From positions 33,728,001-33,792,000 of the forward strand of contig NC_086118.1 in the NCBI RefSeq assembly GCF_963921235.1: a stretch of DNA of 64,000 nt, read 5' to 3'. The translations under genes were made by a program, and so were the position numbers. Position 1 is the stretch's first letter; every line of letters begins with the position of its first letter. Source of the stretch: Mobula hypostoma. Lineage: Eukaryota. The notes under the pieces are model-generated. The model saw only the letters and a list, made by a program, of their open reading frames with translations. It was not told the origin of the DNA and made no database searches. This document shows positions 38,771 to 52,330 of the stretch, piece after piece.

Positions 38771-40100
38771 TTTCCAAAACCCTTTGACAGTCTAAGTTGC
38801 TTTTTCCCATATCAAACATGAATTACAAGTTCATAGCTGTTTTATATGAACAGGTAGTTCCATAAGAAACATCTTGGCCCCAATATTGCTGTTGTAATGA
38901 TGGAAAACTATTCATGTTCATCAGTGTGAAAATGAAGAAAGTTACAACAACTTGTAATCTGCAAATTCCAACACTGCAGACAATGTTTTCAGCTTTTTTT
39001 TCAGGCAACTGTCCTCATCGCAATCAAAAGAAATTAGTTGAATCGATGGGTCTTCAAGGCTGTTAAATTAATTCCTTGAGCTTAATTTCATTGTTCCTTT
39101 CTCCCTTGTTTTCTTGATGAGAGTTCATTACCATCAAAGCTAAAGTTCAAATTCCAGCCACTGCTTTGCCTGTTATGGAGACATTCTGGGGTGTTCGAAG
39201 TGGCAGGTCGACCAGAAAAGGTTAGTGGATGCCAAAAATGAGCACAAGAGGGGAGACAGACATATGATGTTTGGAAAGGATTATTTAGGGAACGGGATGC
39301 CAATTAGGTCCAGTCTGTAGTTGGAAAGCAGACCCTGAAAAGGAGGGTGATTGGGTGTTAACAAGAGAGAAAAGGGCGGTTTCAATGCGGATGAGTGGAA
39401 GAATGCGTTATCAGATCGGAAGTGGATAGTGCGATCAGGGAAGTGAGGAAGGAGGACAGGTGACTAGGAAAGGCATGCTGACGGAAATGGGGCAAAGACA
39501 ACAGCAAAACAAAAGTGATCAGAGGAGGAACGGATTGGTGGGGGACACCCAAATAAATGGAGGAGATCAGGAGTTGAGTGTAAGGGATGAGGTGACGATG
39601 ATCTTTTTGGGAATTGGAGTGAAAGAATGCAAGACGAAAGGATGGTGACACTCAGTGGTGAGGATAGGAGGAGTTGAGGATTAAACAACAAATAGGAGTT
39701 TTGACATTAAATACATAAGAAAGAATCAGCATGGCACTTAATTCAGGCACAAATTTGAATACTTATTTCTTTCTCCGCACTAATTTAATCAACAATTCAC
39801 TTTCATACTTCCCATGTTCAAGGCTGGGCAAAACCTGTTGTCCAGCCCCATTGATCTCAACGGGAACACAAGAACAAGATTTATAGGGGAATGGGGAAAA
39901 TATACTACTTCCGATAAGTTGCTGTACTTTAATGTTGCTATTAATAAGTGTTTAGGTAGAGTCAAATTTTTGTTATTTACTTTGATTTTAATAGGTTCTA
40001 ATTGTCTTTGAATGCCACAGACATTCAAAGCCCGTTACGACTAACTTAAAAACACAAGAGTTTCTGCAGATGCTGAAAATCCAGAATAACACATTCAATG

Positions 40101-42093
40101 TTCGTACTTATTGCAACTAACTTAAAGTTTTTATAGCCAGGAAACCCTGGTGGTCAGCCTTGTCAGTTGTCAGGGATGTTCCAGCAGAGTAGCATCCTCG
40201 GTGCACTGTGACTCACCGTGGCTCACAAGTGGACCATGGGAAATAGAGGCCCATTGAGCAAAGCCCCACACAATTGGACAGGTTAAGTGAGGGTATGAAT
40301 GGACAGTTCATCACAATTCCGAAGTGGGAGATCAAACCCAAAGCACGGCCAATTATGTTCAAGGCCAACAAGTCCGGGTGCATGGTGATCAGAAAGGGCA
40401 AAGTTACTAACAAGTTTAGCCTCCAAGTTCAGGGTGAGGTCATCCCTTCCATCGAAGGTAACCCCATAAAATGCTTGGGGAAGTGGTTTAATGTGTCACT
40501 GACAGATGGGGCCAATGTCACCAATGCTGTGAATCAGGCAGACGAATGGCTGAAGAAGATCGACAAATCCGGACTTCCGGGTAAATTCAAGACCTGGCTG
40601 TACTAATACGGCATTCTGCCCAGGCTTCTCTGGCTCTTCACACTTTATGAGTTCCCCATGACTGCTGTAGAGGGCATCGAGAGGAAAACCAACAAGCACC
40701 TGCGGAGATGGTTGGTAGTTGTCCCAAGCTTCTCTTCAGTGGGCCTCTACATTCATTCTGGGCATCTTGGGCTTCCCCTGTCATCTGTTTTGGAGGAATT
40801 CAAGGTGGCAAAATGCAGAGCCTTGTTAAGCTTGAGAGATTCCAATGATGACTTGGTAAAGCAAGCAGGTGTTACAACCAGATCTGGGCGCAAGTGGGCA
40901 GCCAACGCAGCTGTGGAGGAGGCAGTGTGTTCTCTGAAGCTGCGAGATATCATCGGCAACCCCTGCGTCGAGTGGCAAGGCCTCAGCTCAGTTGACTTCC
41001 AGAAGTGGGGAAACGCAAGCATTAGGAACAGGCGAGACATGATACAGGCAGAAGTACGGATCCGTGAGGAAGAGAAGCGGATTTCAAAGGCAGTGGAACA
41101 AGCATCCCAGGGTGCCTGGACAAAATGGGATCTGCCTAAGCGCAAGATCTCTTGGGCAGAGTTATGGAGACTGGAGCCCTTCCGTATTTCCTTCCTCTTG
41201 CGATCCATGTATGACACCCTTCCTTCGCCATTACATCTATACACATGGGGGATGAGAGAGGACCTGAACTGTAAGCTCTGTGGTCAAAAGGAGACACTGG
41301 CTCATATACCGTCCGGGTGTAAAACAGCTCTAACTCAAGGATGGTATAGGGGCGCCATGATAAGGTGCTTCTGACTCTTGCTGACACACTAGAGCGGGAG
41401 AGATGCAAGAAGAGGACGGCTGGCACAGATTTGAGGAAGGCCGTCACCTTCATCAAAGAGGGAGCTAGCCCTTTCGTAACCAAACAACCAAAGCCCAGTC
41501 TGCTGCTAATAGCCAGGTCCTGGGATATGAGGGTCGAAGTGGGAAGGAGGTTGCAGTTTCTGGATGTGGTGCACACAACCCTACGCCTGGACATTGTACT
41601 GTGGTCAACCGAAGACAAGAAAATAATTCTGGTTGAGCTGACTGTGCCATGGGAGGAGGGATGGGAAGAGGCCCACGAGAGAAAGGCCTTGAAGTACCAG
41701 CCGTTACTGCAGGAGTGTAAAGACGAGGGATGGCAGGCATGGTTGTTCCCTGTGGAGATCGGCTGCAGAGGTTTCCCAGACAAATCGGCATGGCGGTTGT
41801 TGTCAGATCTGGGCCTGGACGAAAGGAGCAAAAAACAAACAGTTCGTAGGTGGGGGAAGAGGCAGAACGAGCCTCTTGTTGGATTTGGAGTAGGCGAGAG
41901 GAGGGGAGCTGGAAGCCAGGAGGAGATGGGCAGTGATTTGGCCACCACTGCCGGCCCACCAACTGGAGAGTGTCGTGGTTAAGGGTCAAAACACTCGGTG
42001 AAGGTTGGGAACCACCTGATGACATCTGCTCCTGGCTGAAGGCTACGGTTACCTTATAAGGTAACTGGAGAATGCACCCTAACAGGTGTGATT
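40101..42093 (+). mobile_element. HERO/NeSL-like non-LTR retrotransposon (R2 superfamily, restriction-like endonuclease), truncated or internally deleted
   Basis: PIKCLGKWF and IDKSGLPGKFKTW RT thumb; CKLC..H..SGC knuckle; RHD, RxDIVLW, ELTVPWEE..AHERKALKY endonuclease motifs. Boundaries approximate. Confidence 0.85.
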
Positions 42094-42564
42094 AATGCTC
42101 CTTACATGGGATCCCACTTCCAATTCTTCTATCTGCTATTCTATTTCTTTCATACTTGTTCCAACTATTTTCTTTCTGGGATTCTTACATTATGGGTCAG
42201 AAAGGAGTTCTGCATAAGGTATAAAAATCCCCTTTTTCACACCCTTCCTTGTTACCTTATTCAATGTTAAGTAAAAATGCCCACGATTACGATTCTATTT
42301 TTATATTGAATTGTCTCTATATTTCTCCCTCCACTTCATTCTACTTTGCTGTAACTTAAAATGTTTCAATAGACTGAGTAATCTCTTTCTATCCTTCATT
42401 ATCTATCTCCATATGTGTAATTATGGTATCTTTGCCTAATGAAAGATATATTTGTCTCAGAGGGGTGTAACAATGGTTTATGAGATTGATTCCTGAATGA
42501 GGGGACTGCCCTACGTGAGATTAAATCGATCAGTCACAGAGGTTAGAAGATTCAGAAGTGATAT

Positions 42565-45500
42565 TGCAGGGTAAAGTAATGGGGAGAAATGTACATAATT
42601 CACAACCACCAACACTGAATGCGGGTTTTACTTTAAGAGGCTGGTCTGTCGTAATGATGTTATTATGTAAAGAGTTCTTAGTGCACTTTTGTGTTTAGGT
42701 TTTGGAATTCTATAAAATGTGTTACAAGTTTCAATAAACAAAGAACGCCTCTCTTCATTTTATTCGCAAAAACCTTCATTGGTGGCCTGGATGCTGTCGG
42801 ATGATTCCAGTTATTGAGTACGTCAACCAATGCAGTCGCTTTGAAACTGTCAGAGCTTTGGGAGCAAAATGCCGTTGCTTGGTTTGTACAAGCCAAGGCT
42901 TAATTCACACTGCAAGGAACCACTGCCGACGGCGCCAAAATTCTACTATGAGGTAGAGTCACTCAGCAATTCCACAGCTGCGAGAGTGGTGAGTCTGCTT
43001 GAACACCCTCCTGAACACAATAAATACCAATCACTGAAAACTCACCTATTACAGACTTCAGGACTAACAGAGTCTGAGTGGGCCAAACAGTTGCTCTCCT
43101 TACCCAGTCTCGGTGATGCTAGGCCTCTGGAGCTAATGGACCACATGCTGTCTCTCCTGGGAAATCACCATCCGCATTTTATTTTTAAAGAACTCTTTGT
43201 GCAGCATATGTCTGATCAAGTTCACATAGCCTTCACTAATGCACCCGTGAAGGACTATAGGGAGCTGCTAAAACTTCTCTCGTTTTGGTACAAATGCTAG
43301 GAAGTGCCAACACCCTTGCAGCTTTGCCAGCACATCGGGACATCAGAGCTCTGTGACACCATGGGTTCCAGCTGTCAGGGTCATCTACTGCTCATTACAG
43401 ACACCCTTTCAGGGTGACGCTTCCTGTGTGACAGTGGTGGTCAAATGAGTGTCCTGCCAGCATCACCTATTGATGAGAAGGCAAAGAGCAACAAAAACCC
43501 ACTGGAAGCTGCCAACGGCAGAGGGATCAGTTGGTCAGAGAGTGTGTGGCAGCTGCTCACCTCCCAAAAGGAAGTACAGCACCTTTGACCGTGAGCTCCT
43601 CAGTCTCCATCTGGCTGTTCACCATTTTTGTTTTCTTCTAGAGGGTTGACATTTCATAGCATTCATTAGCCTCGTGCATGCGATGGCCAAAGTATCAGAC
43701 CCTTGGTCTGCATGGCAGCGAACACCACCTGGCCTATATATCCGTGTTCACAACAGATATTCAATATGTCAAGGGAAAAAGTAATGCTGTGGCTGATTGC
43801 CTCTGATGGCCAGTTGTTGAGGCCGTACGTATAGGAGTAGATTATGTCGGCATGACAGCTGACCGAGCTACTGACCTAGAGGTTCGGGTTTACTCAGGCA
43901 TGCAGTTGGCTGACATTAATTTCGGTGAAGCTAGAGTTTCTTTCCTGTGCGACATCTCAACCGGTTGCCCTCACCCCATCATGCCCTCAACTGCAGACGT
44001 ACTGTTTTTGACTCCGTGCATGGGCCTCTCATCTCCGGGCCAGAAGGCCTCACAGAAGCAGATTGCAGCTTTGTGTGGAGTGCCAGCAGGCAAAAATTAA
44101 CTGTAATGTTCATGCACCATTGGCACCTTATGAGATCCCTGAGCGACAGTCAGACTATGTCAATCTGGAACTTGTTGGTCCTCTTCCCCCCCCCCCCACC
44201 CGCCCCCCGCGTTTTCACGAACTTTCTTACTGTAATACCCTGGTACATATTTTCTACCGTTGTGCTGTATGTATTTCATTTTATGCAGTTCTGTATGAGC
44301 TGCTTGTTTTCAGCTATATATGGGTTATTGTTGAAGATAAGGGATGAGGAGACGTGTCTGCCATCCAATTAGGATCGTCAAATTGGAGGGGAGGTTTCCT
44401 TGGTGAGAGACACTAAGGCTGGGCTTGGGGTTTTTTTTGGGTGTGGTTCGAGAGAGAGGAAGAGGGAAGAGGTCCTAGGATTTGACCCAGAGCAGGACCA
44501 TGATCCAATGGAGCCCGGGGTAAGATCAATTGAGGATCAGTTACTTGGGGAAACCGTGAGCTCCAACTTGAGCACATTAGACTGTTTCATTAAACTGGGC
44601 CCTTTTCTTTTTTTTTGTTCTTTTCATTACCAACCCTTTAGTCAAATTAAGAATGATAAAGCTAAATCTTATAATTGTGTGCGTTGTGCTGTCTGTTATT
44701 TCCTGGCACTCGGTTGTAACAGGGTAACGAATTACACAGCATCCACACAAACGGGGGGTTTTGAGGTGGGCTCGCACCTCAGTCTCACACGTTTGGCGGG
44801 GCCAGAGTTTGTTTTCCCTAGACTTACGCAGCCAAGGAAACCAGATGTTTCATTACCACGGTGGACCGTACCACCAGGTAACCAGAGGTCGTCCCTCTAG
44901 CATCAATGACGGTCGCAGACGTGGCTCGGGCGTTCATCAGCACCTGGGTTGCTCGGTTTGGCACCCAACTGACATTTCATCTGACCGCAGTCCCCAATTC
45001 ATTTCTGACCTCTGGGCTGCGATGGCTCAGAACCTCGGCGTTAGGCAGCATTACACGCAGTCCAATGGCCTATCTGAGTGGTTTCACCACTGCTTAAAGG
45101 CTGCTCTGAGGGCTTCCCTAATGGATGCATGTTAGCATGATCACCTCCCACGGGTCCTGCTCAGAACTGTTCCAAAAGAGGCCCTGCAGTCATCTGTGGC
45201 GATGTCGGCATGCGGGTGGCCATTACGAGTGCCAGGTGACCTCAATCCTGATGCCATGGCTGGCTGGTCAGTCTCCCAACAGTGTTCCACGCTCCTCAAT
45301 AAATTCAATTGTTTTTCACCTATTCCTACCTCCGATTACGGCGTACAGCGTTCTTGGGTTCCTGTCGACTTACATTCCGCCTGGTTTGTTTTTGTCCGCC
45401 ATGATGCACACCAACATCCCCTTAGGCCCTCCCCTACGATGGCCCGTTCTGTATTTTGGAACGGGGAGAAAAGACTTTTATCATAAATAAGAAGGGTAAA

Positions 45501-45925
45501 CCTGAACTTCTTTCGGTGGATCGCCTTAAACCGGCCCACTAAGGTTCCGAGTATTTCACTGCCAGGCCCCTAGCATCACAACATGACCATGAGCATGTCA
45601 ACACATCTGCTGTTCCTCCAGCCATGGAATACAGGACCCAAGCCAGGCAGCTCAGCTGAGCTCCTGACAGGCTCACAATGCTGGTTTTAGCAAATTCTGG
45701 GGGAGGGGGGCCCGTGTAGGGTAACATCATGTGGAGAAACGTACATCATTCACAACCACCAGCACTGAGTGGGGTTTCAATTTAAGAGGCTGGTCTGACG
45801 TGATGACATTACTATGTAAAGATTTTTAGCGCACTCCTGTGCTTAGGTTTTGGAGTTCAATAAAATGTGTTATGGGCTTCATAGAGCATAAAATGCCTCA
45901 CTTCATTTTATTTGGAAAACCTACA
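42565..45925 (+). mobile_element. Degraded Ty3/Gypsy LTR retrotransposon (LTRs 42565-42778 and 45715-45925)
   Basis: TG..CA LTRs; PBS TGGTG at 42780; PPT GGGGGAGGGGGG; TSD ATAT; gag, RNase H (KYSTFDRELL) and integrase (SSDRSPQFIS) remnants; RT largely deleted. Confidence 0.9.
44231..44852. mobile_element. Solo LTR nested in the Gypsy integrase
   Basis: TG...CA termini; TSD TTAC; the integrase frame (FLT|TVDRTTR) resumes after it. Confidence 0.8.
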
Positions 45926-47002
45926 ATATTATTGAAATTTCACCTCCTTTGTCTTCATCCGCCATGATGCTTCCGATCAAGATGGCCACTGCGTAAAATG
46001 CTCCTTCAGCCATCGTATCTTCCATGGAACCATTTGAAACATGAATTTTTGAACAGAATTGCTCTCAAGGTGGTCAACGAAGTGTTGCTGCAGTGTATTT
46101 TGTAGCTAGTTTATGCAGCCACTGTACACTGGAGCAATAGAAGAATGAGTGTTTATGGTGTTAATTGAACAGGATGCCTTATCTTAGAATGTTTCTGGTT
46201 CAATTGTTGTTGATCGAGTGGAGACTCCTGACTTGTTCTCCAATTTCCTGTTCCACAACCAAACTCCTTTAAGCATTCTGAGTGCCAAGTTTTAGGAATA
46301 ATTCAATCCAAACAAAAATATTTCCTCCTGCACCCTGTTGTTTTAACAGTGTGTTTCTGCATATTTCTGCATTGGAATATGCATTCAAGTCAAGCCAACT
46401 ATTGATTGATTTCAGTCTTGAATTGAGAAGCCTTTGCTTTCCAGTTGCACTGATCATAACACGACAAATATTTTTTACTCAATCACACCATACCAAAAAA
46501 TGTAGCCAGCCAGTAATAACCAGCTAGCATTAGTTACTTAAGCATCCAACTCTGATCTGAACTTGGTCTGTGTTGGATGAAGATGCTGATGGGAAAGAGA
46601 CCTCTTACAATATTAAACACCAGCAATGGTCTGAAACTGATCTGAAATAAAGTCCAATGCATATTGAATCACTCTGCTGCTGTGATCATGCAATAGCCAT
46701 ATTTCTGTGGTTTTTCTTGTTTCTGATTTTCATCCAGGCTCCAGCAGCTGCTGTTGGAGAAAACAGTGACATAATTCCGAAGGAAGCCATAAGCTGATTT
46801 CCCAAATGTTGGAAAGGAATATAGAAATATCAGGGATAGTCAAATTGCTGAAACTCCAGTAGGCAAAATTGAAGGAATAAGTGTGTGAAAAGACTGAACT
46901 CAATTGAGTTCAATTTAGCACAACTTAGAATTTAACTCTATGAAGCTCAGACATGTGCATGCTGTAAATTTGAGGCTTTTTTGCTACACATATTAAAATT
47001 CA

Positions 47003-47098
47003 AGTAACACACTCAAAATGCTAGAGGAACTCAGCAGGTCAGGCAGCATCTATGAAGAGAAATATGCAGTCGACATTTCAGGCCAGGCACCTTCATCA
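47003..47098 (-). mobile_element. Old Penelope-like terminal fragment
   Basis: Diverged copy of the hammerhead-bearing repeat. Confidence 0.55.
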
Positions 47099-49066
47099 CC
47101 TTCATGAAGTTGTAACAGACTTTATTAAAACAGTTGTAGATGAGTGTGTCCTCATTAAGTCATTTAGAGTCTTTCCCAGTCAGAAGCCCTGGATGAACCA
47201 AGAGATCCAAAACCTGCAGAGGGCCAGATCTGATGCATTCAAAGTCTGGCGACCAAGAAAACTACAAGAGGTCCAGGTATGATCTCCAGAAAACCATTTC
47301 AAGCGCAAAGTGGAAATTCCAGTCCAAGCTTGAGTCAACGGGGGATGCTCAAGAGCTGTGGCAGGGCTTGAATGCTATCATCTCCAAATTAAACCAAGCG
47401 ACGTGGGAGGCAGGAGGGCTTTGCTTCCAGATGAGCTCAATGCTTTCTATGCTCACTTTGACTGTCTGTGCATGGAGGAACCATGTCGAACCCCAACGTC
47501 CCCCAATAATCCTATGATCTCAGCCTCTGAAGCTGACATGTGGGCTGCCTTCAGGAGCAGGAATCCACGGAAAGCATCCAGACTGGACCGGATACCTGGC
47601 CACGTACGAAAAGACCTGTGCCGACCAACTGGCTGGTGTGTTCACTGAGATCTTTAACCTTTCATTTCAGCAGTGTGCGGTACCCACCTGCTTCAAGCAG
47701 GCTTCAATTATACTGGTACCCAAGAAGAGTATGGTGACCTGCCTTAATGACTATCACCAAGTAGCACTTACATTCACAGTGAAGAAGTGCTTTGAGAGGT
47801 TGGTGATGAACCATATCAGCTCCTTGCCCGAGAGGCGACTTGGATCTGTTCCAATTTGCCTACTGAGTCAACAGGTCCACAGTAAATGCCATCTCACTGG
47901 CTTTGCACTCAATCCTGGAACATCTGGACAGCAAAGATGCATATATCTGGATGTTCTTTATTGACTATAGCTCAGCATTCAATGCCATCATACCCTCAAA
48001 ACTAATCTATAAGCTCCAAGACCTTAGCCTCAATTCCTCCTTGTGCAATTAGATCCTGGATTTCCTCACCTGTGAACTTAATTCAGTTTGGAATGGCAAT
48101 AACATCTCCTCCAAGATTTCCATCAGGACAGGTGCCCCACAAGACTACGTGCTTAACCCCCCCGATCTACACCAATGGCTGTGTGGTTAAACGTAGCTCC
48201 AATGTCATATTCAAATTTGCTGATGGTTCCATTGTTTCCAGCCAAATCAAAGGTGGTGATGAATCAGCATACAGGAGGGAGATTGAAAATTTGGCTGAGT
48301 GGTGTCAGAACAACAACCTCTCACTCAATGTCAGCAAGTTCAAGGAACTGATTATGGACTTCAGGAGAGGGAAACCAGGGGTCCATGAGCCAGTCCTCAT
48401 CAGAGGATCAGAGGTGGAGAGAGTTAGCAACTTTAAATTCCTGGGTGTCACTATTTCAGAGGACCCGTCCTCAAACAGCACATACGTGTAATTGCAAAGA
48501 AAGCACGGCAGCACCTCTACTTCCTTAGCAGTCTGCAGAGAGTCAGCATGTCATCTAAAACTTTGACCAACTTCTAGTGTAGTGAAAAGTTTATTAACTG
48601 GATCCATCATGGCCTGGTATGGAAACACCAGCGCACTTGAGTGGAAAATCCTACAAAAGATGGTGGATTATACGCATTACATCATGAGTAAAACCCTCCC
48701 AACCACTGAGCATATCTACATGAAACGCTGTCGTAGGAAAGCTGCATCCATCATCAGAGATGCCCGCCACCCGGATCATGCTCTCTTCGCTTTTCTGCCA
48801 TTAGGTAGAAGGTACAACAGCCTCAGAACTCACACCATCAGGTTCAGGAACCATTTCTACTCCTCAGCCAGCAGATCCTTGAGTAAAAGGGGAGAGCTAC
48901 ACTCACTTGCCCTATCAGTGAAATGCTCCCACAACCAGTGATCTCACTTTAAGGACACTATCTCATTATCTCTTGTTCTCATTATTTATTGCTATTCATT
49001 TATATTTGCATGTGCAGTGTTTGTTGACTTCAGCACTCTGGTTGATCTTTCATTGATCCTGTTATA
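47099..49066 (+). mobile_element. Degraded Rex-Babar LINE
   Basis: FPSQKPW, VPTCFK, LNDY and FKFADG remnants. Confidence 0.8.
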
Positions 49067-52000
49067 GTTACAGGTTTTGGATCTTTTCACTCAGAACTGT
49101 AGGGATGATTGCGTTAAACACTGAGCTGTAGTCAATAAACAACATATCTGACGTAAGCATTAATATTGTCCCTGTCACCCAAAGCCGCGTGAAGAGCCAA
49201 TGAGATCGCATCCACTGTAAGCCTATTGTGGCATTAGGCAAATTGCAGTGGGTCCAGGTCCTTTCTGAGTCAGAAGATGATTCTAGCCATAACCAACCTC
49301 TCAAAGCACTTCATTACCGTAGACGTAAGTGCTACCGGACGGTAGTCATTAAGGCAGCTCACTCTGCTCTTTCTAGACACGGGTATGATTGTTCTCCTTT
49401 TAAGGCCAGGTTTCTGAAGCAGCTGTTGCCTGTCATAACAGTTGTCGTCCTAATGTCACAATACCTCCTGCCTGATGGTAGGGGGGAGTCCAAGACATTG
49501 CTGGATGAATTGGAGGGATCATTGACAATGCCGAGGGCCCTGTGTAAACCGAGCCCCTGATAAATATCTCTAATGGGTGGAGGAGAGACCCCGATGATCC
49601 TCTCAGCATTCCATGAGATTCTTTGTAGGAACGTTGTCAGATTCTTTGATATTCGCGCACGAGACAGTGACGCAGCTGGTCAGAACACTCTCAATGGTGC
49701 TGCTGTAAAAATTGGTTAGAATGGGGGGAGGAGACTCTCTCACCTCAGACTCCTCAGGAAGAGGAAACTGCAATGTTTTCTCGATGTGGTGTTGAGGGAC
49801 CAGGTGTGATCATCTGTTATGTGCATTCCCAGAAACCCAGTGCTCCTAACTCTCTCCACGGAGGACCCATGTATCTGCAGTGGGGAGTGGTCAGTCTGCA
49901 TCTTCCTAAAGTCCACAATCATCTCGTTGGCCTTGTCCATGTTGCAACACAATTTGTTGTGCTCACACCATTCTACCAGCCTCTCTTCCACCTCTCCATA
50001 CACCATCTTGTCATTGCTGTTGATGAGGCCATCCACTGTAGTGCCGTCGGCAAACTTGACGAATCGATTTGAACGGGATCCAGCTGTAACAATTCAGCAG
50101 TGTGAACGCAGTGGGGTGACTACACATTCCTAGCTCCCAGTGCGATGGAGCTGGAGATGCTTCAGCGTACACGGACTGACTGTGGCCTTTCTAGCAAGAT
50201 GTCCAGGATCCAGTTACAATGCGAGGTGTTGAGTCCTAACAAGGACAGTCTACCCACCAGCTTCTGAGGGTTGATCGTACTAACTGGAAAGCTGAAGTCG
50301 AAAAAAGCATCCTGGCATATGAGGCACTATTTTTCATTTGGGACAGGATGGAATGGAATACAGAGGCTCTGGCATCCTCAGTGGACGGTCTTGAGCGATA
50401 AGCAAATTGGAAAGGGTCCACTGTAGCAGGAAGATGGGATTTCATTTGAGCCATAATTAGCCACCCAAGCCGTTTCATTATCGTTGATGTCAGTGCCGTT
50501 GAGGCAGACTATTGTCACCCTTTTGGGCACTGGGATGGCGGAGGCTGCCTTGAAGTCCAAGGGGACAGTGGAGTTTTCCAGAGAAACGTTGACGATGTCT
50601 TTCAGAACCTCCATTAACTGGGATGCGCAGCCCCTCAGCAGCTGACCCACGTACGTTATCAGGCCCCACAGATTTACGTGGGTTGACTCTGGGTAGGTCT
50701 TCCTCATACCAGCTGCGTCCGGACAGAACACCTTCTCCTTGGGGGGGAGGGGGGTGTTCCTCGCCAGCACATCATACATGTAAAAGACATTCAGCCTATC
50801 AGGGAGAGAAGCATCACTGTCATCGACATGCAAGGTGGACTTGTAGTCCGTCATGGTCCAAATGTCCTGCCTCATGTCTCGGGTGTCACAGAAATGGCTG
50901 TATATTCCCTGCGGATAATCCCATTTTGCCTTCCTGATGGTGCAGGAATTCTGATCTGAGAACGTAAACACAAGGAATTCTGCAGATGCTGGAAATTCAA
51001 GCAACACACATCAAAGTTGCTGGTGAATGCAGCAGGCCAGGCAGCATCTCTAGGAAGAGGAACAGTCGACGTTTCGGGCCGAGACCCTTCCCGAAACGTC
51101 GACTATATCTCTTCCTAGAAATGCTGCCTGGCCTGCTGCGTTCACCAGCAACTTTGATGTGCGATGCTGATCTGAGAGCTGTCTTATCCCCCGATCTGAA
51201 GGCAGCATCTCAGTCTCTCAGCCGTGCCCAGAACTCTGCTGTCAGCCATGGCTCCTGATTTACCTTCACAGAGATATATTTAATAACAGTAAAATCCTCA
51301 GTGCACTTCTCTGTGTTGCCACTCATAGATTTCACGTCTTCATTAATGTTAATGTGATGGTCGCAAGTAGCTGCCTGCCTAAACATGTACCAGTCCCTGT
51401 TTTCAAAACAGTCCTGCACCGCTGAGCTTGTGCCTTCTAGTCAGGTCTTAACCTCCCTTTGAAGTGGTTTAATGGTTTAATCAGTGGTCGGTATGTGGGA
51501 ACTAGCATTACAGATAAGTGGTCAGAGAATCCAAGGTCAGGACTGAGAGCAGTTTTGTTTGCACCAGAGATGTTGGTGGAAAGCAGGTCTAATGTGTTCT
51601 CATCTCTAGCAGCAAAGCCGATGAACTGATATGACTTAGCGGGGCTGTTTTGAAGTCACCAGCAACAATAAAGAAAACATCAGGGTATGTGGTTTGCAAG
51701 TCACTGATGGCTCTGTAGATCTCAAGCAGCTCTTTGCCAGCATTACCATAGGGGGAGATGTGTACAGCCACAATCATTATAGCTGTGAACCCCCCTTGGT
51801 AAGTAGAAGGGCCTGCACTTCACCATTAAGAACTCCACCGCGGGCAAACAGAGGATCATTACTACCAAAGTGTTCACACACCAGTTCTTATGAACATAGA
51901 TAGATATACCCCCACCACAGGTCTTGCCAGAGATCGCAGGAATTCTGTCGGCCCAAGAGGAGATGAAACCCTCCAGCTGGATGGCTGCTTCAGGAGTGGT

Positions 52001-52330
52001 ATACTCCATGTTTCCATCAGAATGAGCACACAGCCGTCCTTCACCTCGCGCTGAATCAGTCTCAAACGCAGGTAATCTCGTTTATTTTCTAGCATTCAAA
52101 CGCTTGAAAGCAGAATTGATGGGAGAGCCGGCCTGCAGGTTTTGCCTTTAATCTTGCACGAATACCAGCTCACTTCCCGCACTTTTGGCTATAGCAGGTG
52201 ACAACACGGAACACAATAAGCCCATGCTGCGGAGCTAATCTGCAATCCCACAACTCGCTGGCGAGGTAGACTTCCAGTACTTGGTGTTCTTAATATTCAG
52301 AGCATCTTACAATCATATGAAAGACATAAG
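49067..52330 (-). mobile_element. Degraded Rex-Babar LINE(s), minus strand
   Basis: APE (GGGISIYV, AGDF) and RT (DPFQFAYR) remnants; a separate fragment at about 49067-49400. Confidence 0.78.
50962..51166 (-). mobile_element. Fold-back Penelope-type insertion nested in Rex-Babar
   Basis: ~75-bp inverted arms plus tail; TSD CTGATCTGAGA (50951-50961 and 51167-51177). Confidence 0.82.

Noticed and set aside
41136-42025. Minus-strand ORFs of 270 aa and 186 aa
   Set aside because: Antisense shadows of the HERO-like ORF.
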